Part shown: piece after piece, positions 9,470 to 20,071 of the stretch
How the letters are laid out: every line of letters starts with the position of its first letter
Position numbering within the stretch: the first letter of the stretch is position 1
DNA from: Oceanispirochaeta sp.
Lineage (GTDB): Bacteria; Spirochaetota; Spirochaetia; DSM-2461
DNA length: 64,000 nt
Direction: 5' to 3'
Assembly (NCBI GenBank): GCA_963663385.2
Contig: CAXXXD010000002.1
Coordinates: 288,001 to 352,000, forward strand
Position numbers and translations under genes: made by a program
The notes under the pieces: generated by a model
What the model was told of the DNA's origin: nothing
What the model saw: the letters and a program-made list of their open reading frames with translations, nothing else
The model's database searches: none

Positions 9470-11554
9470 ATGGCAATTAAAGAAAAGAAAATCCTGATAG
9501 TCGATGATGATCGGGATTTCCGGGAAAGCCTGTGTGATATCCTGGAAATGGAAGGGTATGAGACTTATTCAGCCCATACCAAGATCGAGGGGATGGAAAT
9601 CCTGAAAACCCGCATGCCTCAAATAGCTCTGGTGGATCTGCACCTGGGGCAGTCTAACGGTTTTGAAGTTATTCAGGATCTAAAGCAGTACAATCCCGAT
9701 CTGATCTGTCTGGTCGTAACAGCCCATGTGGATGTGGATTCCGCTATTGAGGCTGTTAAGTACGGAGCATACGATTATCTGCGTAAGCCCCTGAGCGGAG
9801 ATGAACTGATTGCCGCCATGGATCGTTGTTTCAAATTTCTGAATCTGGAAATCGGCAACAAAATAGCCAAAAAGTCCATATTGGCAAAAAATAATGAGCT
9901 GGAAGAGATCAATAGCAGGTTGAAGCAGACTGTTGTCTCAAGCACACGATTTAACGAATACAATGAAACGAATGAGCTGCAGTATGCCATCAGAGTAGAG
10001 TTCCAGCGTTTGTTTCCCCATTGTTCGGTAACTTTTTTTATTGTAGATAAAGAGAATGATAAGCGTTTAGTCAAAATAACCGAGACGAATGATGTGGTAA
10101 ATTTGTCTTTCTCCATTGAGGATTGTTCTTTCTGTAAAGATTGGGATCAGAGTTCCACCCTGTTGGATAATCGATTTGATGGTAGGAAAACCCCCATCCC
10201 GCTGTTGAACATGGGTAATGGTTCATTGATGATTGTTCCCTTGTCCGGGGGAAAAAACAAACCACTCGGCTTTTTGTGTATTCACTCCGGAGATGCTGAC
10301 TACTTTACAAGATCCGATGTGGACCTGGCCAACATTCTCTCCTCGGTAAGCTCGTCCTCCCTTCAGTCAATGATTACCAATGAAGAGTTGAAAGTCTCGG
10401 AATTTAAATTCCGCCAGTCCCAGAAACTGGAAGCCCTGGGGCGTTTGGCCGGCGGTATTGCTCATGATTTTAATAACCTTCTTTCGGCAATAAATGGTTA
10501 TGCCGAACTGCTGTTGATGGATTTGCCGGATCAGGAAGACGCCAAAATGAAAATCAACGAGATCCGTCAGGTTGTCCGGCAGGGGTCCTCACTGATTGGC
10601 CAGCTGCTCATGTTCAGCAGAAGCGATAATACGGCAAACAGTATCATTGAGCTTAATACCCTGTTAAACGATTCTGTTAAAATCCTGACCATACTGCTCG
10701 GGGTGGATTACTCTCTTGAACTGGATTTGATTTATAAACCCTGTTTTATTATAGGGAATGCTGACAAATTGAAACAGGTTCTGATCAATCTTGTTGTCAA
10801 TGCTCGGGATGCCATGGAAGGACACGGGAATAAGCTGACTATAAGCACGAAGCTGAAAATGTTGAATTTTGATGACTTCCCCCCCCATTTCAGGGGAGCT
10901 GAAGGGCAATATGTTGAATTAAAGGTATCTGATAACGGCTGCGGCATGGACAAAGAGACTTTAGCCCACATCTTTGATCCCTTCTTTACAACAAAAGAGA
11001 CCGGTAAAGGTACCGGGCTGGGGCTTTCGACTGTTTTCGGCATAATCAATCAGGCAAACGGGTTTATATCGGCAATAAGTCAGAAAGAGAATGGATCCGA
11101 TTTCTTTATCTATCTTCCATTTGCGCAATCAAAAAGCCAGACTAAAAAAAAGGATAAAGAACAAAAGTCTCACACTGACGAATTGAATTATAATGTTCTT
11201 CTGGTGGAAGATGATCGTATCGTCCGGAATGTAATAAGTGAATCGCTTCGGAGAAGAGGGGTAAAAGTCACAGGCGCAGAGAATGGCAGACAGGCATTGC
11301 ATGCCTTTAAAAACAGGGATAGATGCTACGATCTGATTATTACGGATATTATAATGCCTTTAATGAGAGGGGATAAATTTGCAGAGGAAGTCCTTCGTAT
11401 AAAATCCGATCAGAAGATGATTTATATGTCCGGCTTTACCAACGAGAATCTGTTCAGAAACGAAACCTTGAAGGTGAGTGAAAAGAACTTTCTGAGAAAA
11501 CCGTTCTCAAATGATGTTCTTGTTAATATGATTCAGAATATGATGGGAAATTGA
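9470..11554 (+). CDS. Cytoplasmic hybrid histidine kinase (REC, GAF-like, HisKA, HATPase, REC)
   Basis: N-terminal REC; AHDFNNLL; NLVVNARDAM; DNGCGM; GTGLGL; C-terminal REC with ITDIIMP and KPF. Confidence 0.92.
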   Translation: MAIKEKKILIVDDDRDFRESLCDILEMEGYETYSAHTKIEGMEILKTRMPQIALVDLHLGQSNGFEVIQDLKQYNPDLICLVVTAHVDVDSAIEAVKYGAYDYLRKPLSGDELIAAMDRCFKFLNLEIGNKIAKKSILAKNNELEEINSRLKQTVVSSTRFNEYNETNELQYAIRVEFQRLFPHCSVTFFIVDKENDKRLVKITETNDVVNLSFSIEDCSFCKDWDQSSTLLDNRFDGRKTPIPLLNMGNGSLMIVPLSGGKNKPLGFLCIHSGDADYFTRSDVDLANILSSVSSSSLQSMITNEELKVSEFKFRQSQKLEALGRLAGGIAHDFNNLLSAINGYAELLLMDLPDQEDAKMKINEIRQVVRQGSSLIGQLLMFSRSDNTANSIIELNTLLNDSVKILTILLGVDYSLELDLIYKPCFIIGNADKLKQVLINLVVNARDAMEGHGNKLTISTKLKMLNFDDFPPHFRGAEGQYVELKVSDNGCGMDKETLAHIFDPFFTTKETGKGTGLGLSTVFGIINQANGFISAISQKENGSDFFIYLPFAQSKSQTKKKDKEQKSHTDELNYNVLLVEDDRIVRNVISESLRRRGVKVTGAENGRQALHAFKNRDRCYDLIITDIIMPLMRGDKFAEEVLRIKSDQKMIYMSGFTNENLFRNETLKVSEKNFLRKPFSNDVLVNMIQNMMGN

Positions 11555-11610
11555 ACCAGTTTCTCCCTGTTCCGGAATACTGCTGTTCAGAATTCTCATT
11601 TATCCTTAAA

Positions 11611-12993
11611 TCAATACCCGAGAAAGGATAAGTCTCCCGCCAGAACCATAAGCGACATATAGGTCTGCTGCAGTTCAATACGGGCTTCCTCTTCCTTCCA
11701 GCGGCTTCTCCTTTCGGAGATCTCTGCCGAAAACTGATCTGCTTTAAGAGCCTGGCCGGCTTCAAAACGGGTATCCACAGCTGCTTTCAATCTGGATTGC
11801 CGCAGTAGGGATTCTTTTGCCTGAGTCAGGTTTTCCTCTGCCTGAACAAACTGCTGGTACAGAGTCCGTAATTCCAGAGACAGTTTATCCGTTTGTTCCC
11901 TCAGGAGTTCCTGCTGTCGGAGGATTTCCGTCTGCGTTACTTCTCCGTCAAGACGGTTTGCTTTTCCCGTTCCCAAAGTAAGGGTCAGGGAGAGACCTGC
12001 TATCCAGTTCTCCTGACTGGTCTGGGTATTCTGGCTATTGAAAGTTGCAAGAGGTAAGGCGTAGTTAAAATCCAGATTCCGGTTCTCCCAATTGTAGGAG
12101 GCTGTCCAATCATGATCACCGTATGTCAGAGAAGGTTTTATAAGTAGATTCCAGTCTCTCTTTTCAAGGCGTTCTGCTGTTTCTGTCAGGGAAATAATAC
12201 TGTTTTTCTGATCTGAATAGTCGGCACTAGAGCTCAGGACCTGTTCTGTCATTGCTATGGGTTTTTTCTTTAGGTCTATACTGAATTTCAGGTCTTCCAG
12301 TCGGGGGATCTCATTTATGGATTCGTTTCCCATCAGTCCTCTTGTCTGTTCGAGGGTAAACCATTTGAGCCGCATCTTTAATGAGTTTTCATTCAGGGAA
12401 ACTTCAGCATGCTGCAGCTCCTCCTCCCGGTCTTCCAGAACGGTAAGAGTGGCCGCCCCATTCTCATATAGCTGCAGCGTTCCCTCGTAACGCTCTCTGG
12501 CCAGGTTCTCCTCATCTATAAGAATCGGGTATTCCTGCTGAAGCAGCCAGAGGTCGGAGTAAAGGCGGTACAGCAGTAGAATCTCCTCTCGCTGTACTGT
12601 TTCGAGATTTAGTTGTTCCGTCTGATAATCCCTCTCTGCGCTGCGGAATCTGTCTTCCTGTATCTGGTTTCTCCCCAAAACAAAAGTTACTCCTGTACTC
12701 ATTGTCAGCTCAGTTTCTCCCTGGTCTCCTTCTTCGGAATACTGGGTTTTTACACCTGGCTGGACAGACAGTTCCGCATCCCCAGGATGGCGGGAAAGGT
12801 CTATTTCCTGTCTGCTTTTTTCATAGGATTTAAGAGCTGACTGATAACTGGAATTGTTTGTCAGATCTCTTAACGCTTCTTCGAAACTGAGAGTTTTCTC
12901 CTGGGAAAATGCAGACTGTCCGGTTCCCAGAAGGAAAAATAATATGACCAGTATCTTCTTTCCCTTATTGATGTTCCTTGTCGTGTTTTGCAT
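11611..12993 (-). CDS. TolC-family outer-membrane efflux protein
   Basis: Signal peptide, long helical repeats, beta-strand segments; third gene of an RND operon. Confidence 0.7.
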   Translation of the reverse strand: MQNTTRNINKGKKILVILFFLLGTGQSAFSQEKTLSFEEALRDLTNNSSYQSALKSYEKSRQEIDLSRHPGDAELSVQPGVKTQYSEEGDQGETELTMSTGVTFVLGRNQIQEDRFRSAERDYQTEQLNLETVQREEILLLYRLYSDLWLLQQEYPILIDEENLARERYEGTLQLYENGAATLTVLEDREEELQHAEVSLNENSLKMRLKWFTLEQTRGLMGNESINEIPRLEDLKFSIDLKKKPIAMTEQVLSSSADYSDQKNSIISLTETAERLEKRDWNLLIKPSLTYGDHDWTASYNWENRNLDFNYALPLATFNSQNTQTSQENWIAGLSLTLTLGTGKANRLDGEVTQTEILRQQELLREQTDKLSLELRTLYQQFVQAEENLTQAKESLLRQSRLKAAVDTRFEAGQALKADQFSAEISERRSRWKEEEARIELQQTYMSLMVLAGDLSFLGY

Positions 12994-13002
12994 TTTTGTT
13001 TC

Positions 13003-14337
13003 CTATAATTCCGCGATTTCCATTCTGTAATCAATCGTTTCGGTCACATTGACCGGCGACCCGGGTTTCAGATAGCTTTGTCCCTCTACTACAAGGGCGG
13101 CTCCTTCTTTCAGATCACCCTCTATCTGAACCATTCCCTGTCTGCCCGAACCCAGTTCTACTGGGATCCGTTTACTTATGTTGTCCTCCACGAGGTAGAT
13201 ATAATGATCAGCGCCGTCGGAAATTACCGATTTAAGAGGGACAATGAACCGCGGCTGAAGTCTGGAGAGGGTGATCTGCACTTCCATAAGCATTCCCGGT
13301 AGCAGTCTCTGGTTCCTGTTGGATAATAGAGCCCGAACCTGATAGGTCCTGTTGTTTTCCGGGAGGACATTGTGACCTGTTACGACTCCTTCCATTCCAT
13401 ACCGGGCTGCTGTTGGAGGCTTGGCTTTTACATGGGCTTCTCTCTCTATCCGGGGGATGATATTCTCCGGAACTTCAATAGTTAGACGTACTTCTTCAAG
13501 GTTGACAATTTCTACGTAATCCGATGAATTGACACCCTCTCCCTCGGTGAAGCTCAGCTGTGAAACATATCCCCTTCCGGGACTTGTTCCCAATCTCCCT
13601 GCATAGTCCTCCTGAAGATCCTCAAGCTCTGTTTTCCGGGTAAGACGGAGCTTTTCCAGATTCAGCTGGGCTTCTGTCAGAGCCTGGTCAGCCTTCTCCA
13701 TATCCTGTCTGGTAACAAGATCCCTTTCGAAAAAAGTCTGGTTTCTCTCTTTTTCTTTCGCTGCTTCTTCAAGACGGATCTGAGCCAGAGTCAATTCTGT
13801 TTCCCATTTTTCTTCTGTTCTTTCTATATTTTTCAGCCATTCGCTGCTGTCAAGGGAGAAAAGAAGATCCCCCGGTTCAACAAAATCTCCTTCGGACACA
13901 TATACCTTTGCGGCTGTTCCAGAAGCCGCCGGAGCAATTCTCATCACTTTTCCGGCTTCTACTTCTCCCAGCCCGTAGTAGGTAATCTCCAGGGGGCCCA
14001 TACTGAGAGGTGCTGTAATAACAGAAACAGGTTTTGCTGTGGAGGGAGCGGGTGCAGGAGATTTTTCTGCTGTACTTTCCGGGGCAGATTCCTCTCCGGA
14101 TTCCAGAGATGTCAGGTACTTGTCCCAGGATTCCTGCTTCTTCTCCTCCGTAAAACTGTCCCATTTCTCCTGGGTAGCCTGACTTCCCGGAGGAGGAGTC
14201 GACAGGTCTGCAGCTGCAGTGGGCGCGGAGCCGGTTGGTTCAGCCACGGGTAATCCGCCTCCGTTTTCTGCCTTACAGGCGAAAAGCAGTAATAGAAAAA
14301 GGGCTGGTATGATTTTCACAGGAGATTTTTTATTCAT
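13003..14337 (-). CDS. RND efflux periplasmic adaptor (membrane fusion lipoprotein)
   Basis: Lipobox LFAC; lipoyl-like VYVSEGDFVEPGDLL; coiled coil; LLPGM; GDLKEGAALVVEG. Confidence 0.88.
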   Translation of the reverse strand: MNKKSPVKIIPALFLLLLFACKAENGGGLPVAEPTGSAPTAAADLSTPPPGSQATQEKWDSFTEEKKQESWDKYLTSLESGEESAPESTAEKSPAPAPSTAKPVSVITAPLSMGPLEITYYGLGEVEAGKVMRIAPAASGTAAKVYVSEGDFVEPGDLLFSLDSSEWLKNIERTEEKWETELTLAQIRLEEAAKEKERNQTFFERDLVTRQDMEKADQALTEAQLNLEKLRLTRKTELEDLQEDYAGRLGTSPGRGYVSQLSFTEGEGVNSSDYVEIVNLEEVRLTIEVPENIIPRIEREAHVKAKPPTAARYGMEGVVTGHNVLPENNRTYQVRALLSNRNQRLLPGMLMEVQITLSRLQPRFIVPLKSVISDGADHYIYLVEDNISKRIPVELGSGRQGMVQIEGDLKEGAALVVEGQSYLKPGSPVNVTETIDYRMEIAEL

Positions 14338-14338
14338 T

Positions 14339-17300
14339 TTATTTATCCTCCTCAAGATCAATAAAGACGGGTATTGTTTTCTGGATCCGCTGTTTTAAAT
14401 AATAGGTTGAGTAGAACGTGAGCGGCAGTATCAGGAGTGTCAGCACTGTTGAAGCCATGAGTCCGGATATGAGGGATACGCTCAGCTGGGCAAAATTTTC
14501 ATCCTTGAATGCCAGCGGGAGCATGCCTCCGATGGTGGTAAGACTGGTAGCCAGAACGGGTGCAAAACGGGAACGGCCGGCTTTTGTGAGGGCCGGGATG
14601 AGTTCCTCTCCTTCTTTTCTGAATCGGTTAACTGTATCCACAAGGACTATGGCATCATTCACAACGATTCCTACAAGGGCAATAACCCCCATAAATGCAT
14701 AAAGTCCGAAATTGTTACCTGTAAGAATGAGTCCGGTATAAACACCGATAATCGACATAGGTACGGAGAGCATGATAACCAGAGACTGACTGAACGAATC
14801 AAACTGAATAGCAAGAATTAAAAATACCACTACCAGTGCGGCAAGGAAGTTATAGAACATACTTCCCAGAGACGCATCAAGATCGGCTGCCTCTCCTGCC
14901 CAGGAGTAGGTAATACCGTCAGGGAGAGCAGGTCCTATGGACTGGTTCTGTTCAAATCCTGCAACAATTTCTCTGATATTGGCATCGGGAAGCATCTGAG
15001 CCATAACCGTAACAGTCCTTATCCCCTGGCTATGGCGTATTGTGCCGTAACCCCGGGTTCGTATGATATCGGTGACGTGGGATATGGGCAGTATTTCCCC
15101 GTTTTTCAGAGTTATAAGAATCTTGTTCAAATCATCCATGGAATCTCTTGAATCCTGATTGATATCCAGAAGGATTTCCAGTTCTCCCTCCTTAACCAGA
15201 AGGGTTCCCACCGATTGACCGTCCAGAAAGGAACGGACCTGCGTTCCCAGCATGGTGGAATCTACTCCGACGGCTGCTGCATAGAGACTCCTGGGAAGTA
15301 TCTGCAGCTCCGGGTAGCCATTTTCCCAATCGCTTAATACTCCACGAACCCCGTTTACTGATGATAATTTTGCCGACAGGGTTTCCGATGCAGTCCGCAG
15401 GGCATCAAGGTCCTCTCCCATAACTTTTATCTGAACGGGGCTGTTGGCTGTTTTCCCTCCTGCCTGTGTGCCTACGGTAATCCTCGCTCCAGGTATGTCC
15501 GAAAGAAGCCCCATCAGTTCGGGGATCTTCTTCTGGGTCGTCCAGGATCGTTGATCCGGCGGGAGCAGGTTCATCACAACCTGGGCATCCCTGTTGGACG
15601 TAAGTCCTACTTCGCTGTATATACTGCCTATCCCGTCTATCTTCAACAGTTTCTCTTCCACTTTTCTGGTTATACGGTCCGTATTGTCCAGAGTGCTGTA
15701 TTCCGGTGCCGTTATTACTGCATAAAGGGCGGTTTCATCTTTGATGGGAAACAGTTCAATCTTAAGATATCCGGAAAAAAGACCCCAGAAAACTACCCCC
15801 AGAAGAGCAAACATGGTACCCGGAAGCAGGATCCTGTAAAATCTGTGATTTAAAATGATTCCCAATATTCTTTCATAAGATCCGGCAGTGGCATCGAAGG
15901 CGTCAAATCCCCTCCGGCGGAAATACACCCTTAAGGTCATGAAAAGCCCCATGAGCAGGGTCATTATAAGTGAAAGGAGTCCGGGTTTCCCGTTTTCAAA
16001 AAAAGCCCACCCAAACAGAAGAGATACAAGAATTGCCAGGATGAAGTCCCGTCCCGGGGGAGACTTTTCATCTTCCGGCAATTCCTCTTTCCTTATGTTC
16101 TGCTGAAGCCATCGGGCGCTCAGGGCTGGTGTCAGTGTAAGGGCTACTAACAGAGAGGAGCCGATAATGAAAATCACCGTAAGGGGAATAACACTGATGA
16201 TCATTCCTATCCGGCCTTCCATAAGGGCCAGGGGTATAAAGGCGGCCATTGTGGTTAATGTGGCTGCAAAAATGGAAGGAGCTGCCTCGCTGGTTGCATT
16301 TTTAACGGCCGTAGTAAGAGATTCGCTCTTTTTTCTGTGATCCACTATACTTTCAACGATAACAATTCCATTGTCTACTAACAGGCCCAGGGCTATTATC
16401 ATAGCCAGAAGTGTCATCGTATTAAAAGTCATACCGGACATCTCCATGGCTGCGAAGCTTATAAACATGGAAAAGGGTATTATAAGACTTGTTATAAGAG
16501 CCTCCCGTATTCCCAGAAAGAGATAGAGAACCAGGATAACGATAAGAAGACCTGAAAAGGCGTTACCCAGTACATCGGAAAGATCCTGACGAACAGTAAC
16601 GGCGTCATCCTGGATAATTTGTATATCCATTCCGGATAATAGTTCCGTAGGTTTCAGTTCTTCCAGCAGTTCGTAAACCTTCCGGCTGGGGCCGACTATA
16701 TCAGACCCGCCGTCTCTGTAGAGAGATAGAGTTACGGATGGCAGCATTTTCGCGTTTTCCGTACTGAGTCCTACTGCCCGCCTCGACAGAGTCTCTCCGG
16801 GAACAGAATGTAATTTCACAGAAGCCAGATCTTTTAAAAGGCGAAAGCCTCCCCCCGGCAGGGGAATCTGGGTCCGCTGTATCTGCTCGACTGACGCAAG
16901 GGCGCCCAGAACGCGGACATAGTATAACATCCCGTCCAGTTCTGCCTCTCCGGCTGGAGTGTCCTTGTGATTGAGTCTAACCGCTTGAAGAATGTCGTCA
17001 GAAGCAAGCCCGTATTCTGCCAGTACTGCAGGTGAATACTCAATCAGGATTTCCTCTCTGCCCAGTCCGGATAAGCGTAATTCGCTAACCCCATCCAGAG
17101 CCTGTAATCGACGCTCCAGCAGAAGGGATGCCTCCCTTAAATTCTCCGGATCTACATCTCCTGCCAGACTCAGAACCAGAAACGCTCTGTTCGCAGTTGT
17201 TGATACCCGTATGGTCGGAGCGTCTGCTTCTTCCGGCAGATCCCTTAAAACAAGATCAACCGCTTTGGTAACAGCATCATTGTTTTCCTCCAGGTCACTT

Positions 17301-17620
17301 TCCGGATAAAAATCCAGCTGTATTTCACTCCTTCCCGCCAGGGATGAGGAGCTGATAAATTCCAGATCCGGAAGATTGATCAGCACTGCTTCAAGGCGGT
17401 TGGTTATTAATTGTTCTACATCACGGGGACTGGCTCCAGTGTAATTGGTGGCTATTTTAATTGTAGGGAAGACGATCTCCGGTTTGGACTCCCTGGGTAA
17501 TTTATTATAGATGCCCAGGCCTGCAATCGTAATCATTACGATCCCGAGATAAATAATTCTGTATTTATCTACGCTTAATGATGATAATTTTCCCAATATA
17601 CCTGATTCTTCTTTCATCAT
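14339..17620 (-). CDS. RND efflux permease (AcrB/AcrD/AcrF family)
   Basis: 1093 aa; GASPRDVEQLIT, GLLVDNGIVIVE, GIVVNDAIVLVD, RFAPVLATSLTTIGGMLP. Confidence 0.93.
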   Translation of the reverse strand: MMKEESGILGKLSSLSVDKYRIIYLGIVMITIAGLGIYNKLPRESKPEIVFPTIKIATNYTGASPRDVEQLITNRLEAVLINLPDLEFISSSSLAGRSEIQLDFYPESDLEENNDAVTKAVDLVLRDLPEEADAPTIRVSTTANRAFLVLSLAGDVDPENLREASLLLERRLQALDGVSELRLSGLGREEILIEYSPAVLAEYGLASDDILQAVRLNHKDTPAGEAELDGMLYYVRVLGALASVEQIQRTQIPLPGGGFRLLKDLASVKLHSVPGETLSRRAVGLSTENAKMLPSVTLSLYRDGGSDIVGPSRKVYELLEELKPTELLSGMDIQIIQDDAVTVRQDLSDVLGNAFSGLLIVILVLYLFLGIREALITSLIIPFSMFISFAAMEMSGMTFNTMTLLAMIIALGLLVDNGIVIVESIVDHRKKSESLTTAVKNATSEAAPSIFAATLTTMAAFIPLALMEGRIGMIISVIPLTVIFIIGSSLLVALTLTPALSARWLQQNIRKEELPEDEKSPPGRDFILAILVSLLFGWAFFENGKPGLLSLIMTLLMGLFMTLRVYFRRRGFDAFDATAGSYERILGIILNHRFYRILLPGTMFALLGVVFWGLFSGYLKIELFPIKDETALYAVITAPEYSTLDNTDRITRKVEEKLLKIDGIGSIYSEVGLTSNRDAQVVMNLLPPDQRSWTTQKKIPELMGLLSDIPGARITVGTQAGGKTANSPVQIKVMGEDLDALRTASETLSAKLSSVNGVRGVLSDWENGYPELQILPRSLYAAAVGVDSTMLGTQVRSFLDGQSVGTLLVKEGELEILLDINQDSRDSMDDLNKILITLKNGEILPISHVTDIIRTRGYGTIRHSQGIRTVTVMAQMLPDANIREIVAGFEQNQSIGPALPDGITYSWAGEAADLDASLGSMFYNFLAALVVVFLILAIQFDSFSQSLVIMLSVPMSIIGVYTGLILTGNNFGLYAFMGVIALVGIVVNDAIVLVDTVNRFRKEGEELIPALTKAGRSRFAPVLATSLTTIGGMLPLAFKDENFAQLSVSLISGLMASTVLTLLILPLTFYSTYYLKQRIQKTIPVFIDLEEDK

Positions 17621-17792
17621 CCTGACTCCTGGTTCAAAATTTAGGATAGACTTTTCTCTAAATCAAGATGAATCTTATATATCGAGAATTTTATATTGCC
17701 GTCATTCCAGCCAGGTTTCGATGAGTCCAAAAAGACTTCTGTTCAAGTCCTGACTAATTGACCAGCACCGGCTAATCCATGATAATAAGCTG

Positions 17793-18548
17793 ATGTTCAG
17801 GTCCAAAAAGAGCGATAAGCTCAGCCCTAAAGAGATAGAAGCAGCTCTGGCAAGAATACGCCAGAAATACGATGATCATATAATCTCCTACATGACAGAT
17901 ACCGCAGAAAAATCTGCCTTCGAGGACCGTTATGTCATGGCTCTTCATGCCCGTGTCGATCTTACCCGTTTTGTACAGGAGGAGATCCTTCATCTGCGAC
18001 AGTGGGAAAAGAAAATCCAGGAAGACGCCCTGAAAACCCCTGTCGGGAAAGGACAGCCCAAAAAGAAACAGAAGAGCTTTGCCGACAAGATTATGGATGA
18101 GTTGCAGGAACGTATTGCTCCCTATCCGGATCTGAAATTCGATGATGACGCTTCCCTGGAAGTTCGGAAACTGTATGGAGCCCTCGGTGTTCTGTACAAG
18201 GACCATTGGAACGAATTGAGCGGTTTTCTCCGGAAATTCCACTCTTCCGAACTCAGTTATAATCTGGAAAACCGTCTGCTCCGCATGACCGTAATGGGGG
18301 CGGATGATGTCCCCCCCGAGCTGGAGCGGTATAAGTTTCTGCTGACCCAGCGGGGCAAGTATACTACAGAGCTTTTCCGGGAGGCTCAGGAGAGCATCAA
18401 GCGGGCCTCCTTTTTTCTGCATGACCTCCGAATTCTGCTGCAGGAGTGCCGGGAACGGGGAATTCTTAATGAAAATGTTGAAAATGCCTATAAATATGTA
18501 GACAATATAATACAGGATTTCAGATTGAAGGATCTTAAGAAATACTAA
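17793..18548 (+). CDS. Hypothetical alpha-helical cytoplasmic protein
   Basis: 251-aa ORF with natural composition, co-oriented with trxA; no motif recognised. Confidence 0.7.
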   Translation: MFRSKKSDKLSPKEIEAALARIRQKYDDHIISYMTDTAEKSAFEDRYVMALHARVDLTRFVQEEILHLRQWEKKIQEDALKTPVGKGQPKKKQKSFADKIMDELQERIAPYPDLKFDDDASLEVRKLYGALGVLYKDHWNELSGFLRKFHSSELSYNLENRLLRMTVMGADDVPPELERYKFLLTQRGKYTTELFREAQESIKRASFFLHDLRILLQECRERGILNENVENAYKYVDNIIQDFRLKDLKKY

Positions 18549-18593
18549 TATGTCTGCTCCTTGACCGGGGGCAGTTAATCATGAGGAGAATAT

Positions 18594-18911
18594 ATGTCAG
18601 AAGTAATTATTACGGATGAAAATTTTGAAGAAGAGGTATTGAAGGCTGACAAACCTGTACTGATTGATTTCTGGGCTGAGTGGTGTGTTCCCTGTAAGAT
18701 GCTGGGCCCTCTTGTAGCAGAAATAGCCGAGGAGAATGACGCTATCGTTGTCGGAAAAGCCAATGTGGATGATGCTCCTGAAACAGCGGGTCGATACGGA
18801 ATCCAGAGTATTCCCACTCTGATGGTTTTTAACAAAGGCGAAGTGGTTAAGCAGAATGTCGGTGTTATCCCCCGGGAATCTATCGAAGAGATGTTTAAAG
18901 ACCTCATCTGA
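18594..18911 (+). CDS. trxA: Thioredoxin
   Basis: DFWAEWCVPCK active site, IQSIPT cis-Pro motif; GAGGAG RBS. Confidence 0.95.
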   Translation: MSEVIITDENFEEEVLKADKPVLIDFWAEWCVPCKMLGPLVAEIAEENDAIVVGKANVDDAPETAGRYGIQSIPTLMVFNKGEVVKQNVGVIPRESIEEMFKDLI

Positions 18912-18914
18912 TTC

Positions 18915-19946
18915 TTATTCCTGGTGAACATATACCTCGTCGGTATTTGCCTCCCCGAAGGATTTTCCCCCTGTCGGGGTTGTATGCCAGTCCGCTGCGC
19001 TGTCTGTATCCTCAGACAGGCTGCTGCGGCTGAGAGTTCTTGTTCCTGTCGTATAGTCGGATCGGACCGCTTCTTCCGGTGGTATATCAGTACTAGTGAA
19101 TTTCCAGTCTCCCGTATCGTATAAATCCACAACAGCATCATATGTGGCACTGGTCCATCCCAGAAATTCATCCTCCGGATCCGTCTCCCGGTCGGAGTAG
19201 ATTATACAATCCATCAGTACTCCCTCGGGAGATGAATACAGGGTAAGTACCCCGTTATTACCGGATAATCCGGAGTCCTCGGGCAGCCACAGGTCCCAGG
19301 CTTCGTCATGAGAGAGTTTCCCCCCTGAAACATCCTTCTCCGTATCTTCATCAATCTCTTCGCTTATCCCTTCGGGACGGCAGTGTATCAGCAGATAATC
19401 CTCCGCTTCCACCTCCAGGGCAGGCAGTATGTACTTATACTCATTATGAGAGGCCGTGCCGTAATACAGGGTCATCCCTGCTGTACTGCCTCCTCTTGTA
19501 AAGAAAATTTCCAGGGTATCCGTATTGTTTCCCGAACCTTTGGGATTGAGTTCATTGATCAGGGCCTCGGGAAGGGCGGGGTTCCAGCCCCAGAAGCGGA
19601 TCAGGAAGTTATTGGAATTCCCGGAATGATCCTCAACGGAGACAGGCGCGATATAAACCTTACCCGGATCCAGTCTGCTGTCCGGTGTAAGAACCAGGCA
19701 GTTTTCATTCCGGATGCTGAGAGATGCCGTATCCCCGCTGTCCAGAACGGTTTTATCTTCAGAAAGGCAGAGGGGCTCGTTAAAATGGAAATAGACCGTT
19801 TCTCCCTGAGACGAATCTGTTTCCACTAGTCTGGGGGGAGTCAGATCCAGCTGAATATCCGGAAGGATAAGGACCGGATCTTCCTCTTTCATGGAACAGG
19901 AGAAAAGAAAAAACAGAAGTGTCTGTAGTATAACGGCATATTTCAC
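18915..19946 (-). CDS. Acidic lipoprotein, probable Ig-like plus lamin-tail-like domains
   Basis: Lipobox LFSC; DLTPP..FNEP (Ig-like start); LINE...LEI..LSGNNG..TLSR..TPTGG pattern resembling a lamin-tail domain. Confidence 0.55.
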   Translation of the reverse strand: MKYAVILQTLLFFLFSCSMKEEDPVLILPDIQLDLTPPRLVETDSSQGETVYFHFNEPLCLSEDKTVLDSGDTASLSIRNENCLVLTPDSRLDPGKVYIAPVSVEDHSGNSNNFLIRFWGWNPALPEALINELNPKGSGNNTDTLEIFFTRGGSTAGMTLYYGTASHNEYKYILPALEVEAEDYLLIHCRPEGISEEIDEDTEKDVSGGKLSHDEAWDLWLPEDSGLSGNNGVLTLYSSPEGVLMDCIIYSDRETDPEDEFLGWTSATYDAVVDLYDTGDWKFTSTDIPPEEAVRSDYTTGTRTLSRSSLSEDTDSAADWHTTPTGGKSFGEANTDEVYVHQE

Positions 19947-20071
19947 GATACGGCCTCCCTTGTTTCTCTTTAAGGGGCAGAACCGGGCTGTGAATTCAAA
20001 GGACTCTCATTTATCGATTCATTTTCATGAAAACAATCAGGTCTCCTGCGCAGATCGCCGATAAGGAGTGT

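Noticed and set aside
18594..18911. Thioredoxin with WCVPC instead of WCGPC
   Set aside because: A common natural variant of the CxxC motif; not novel.
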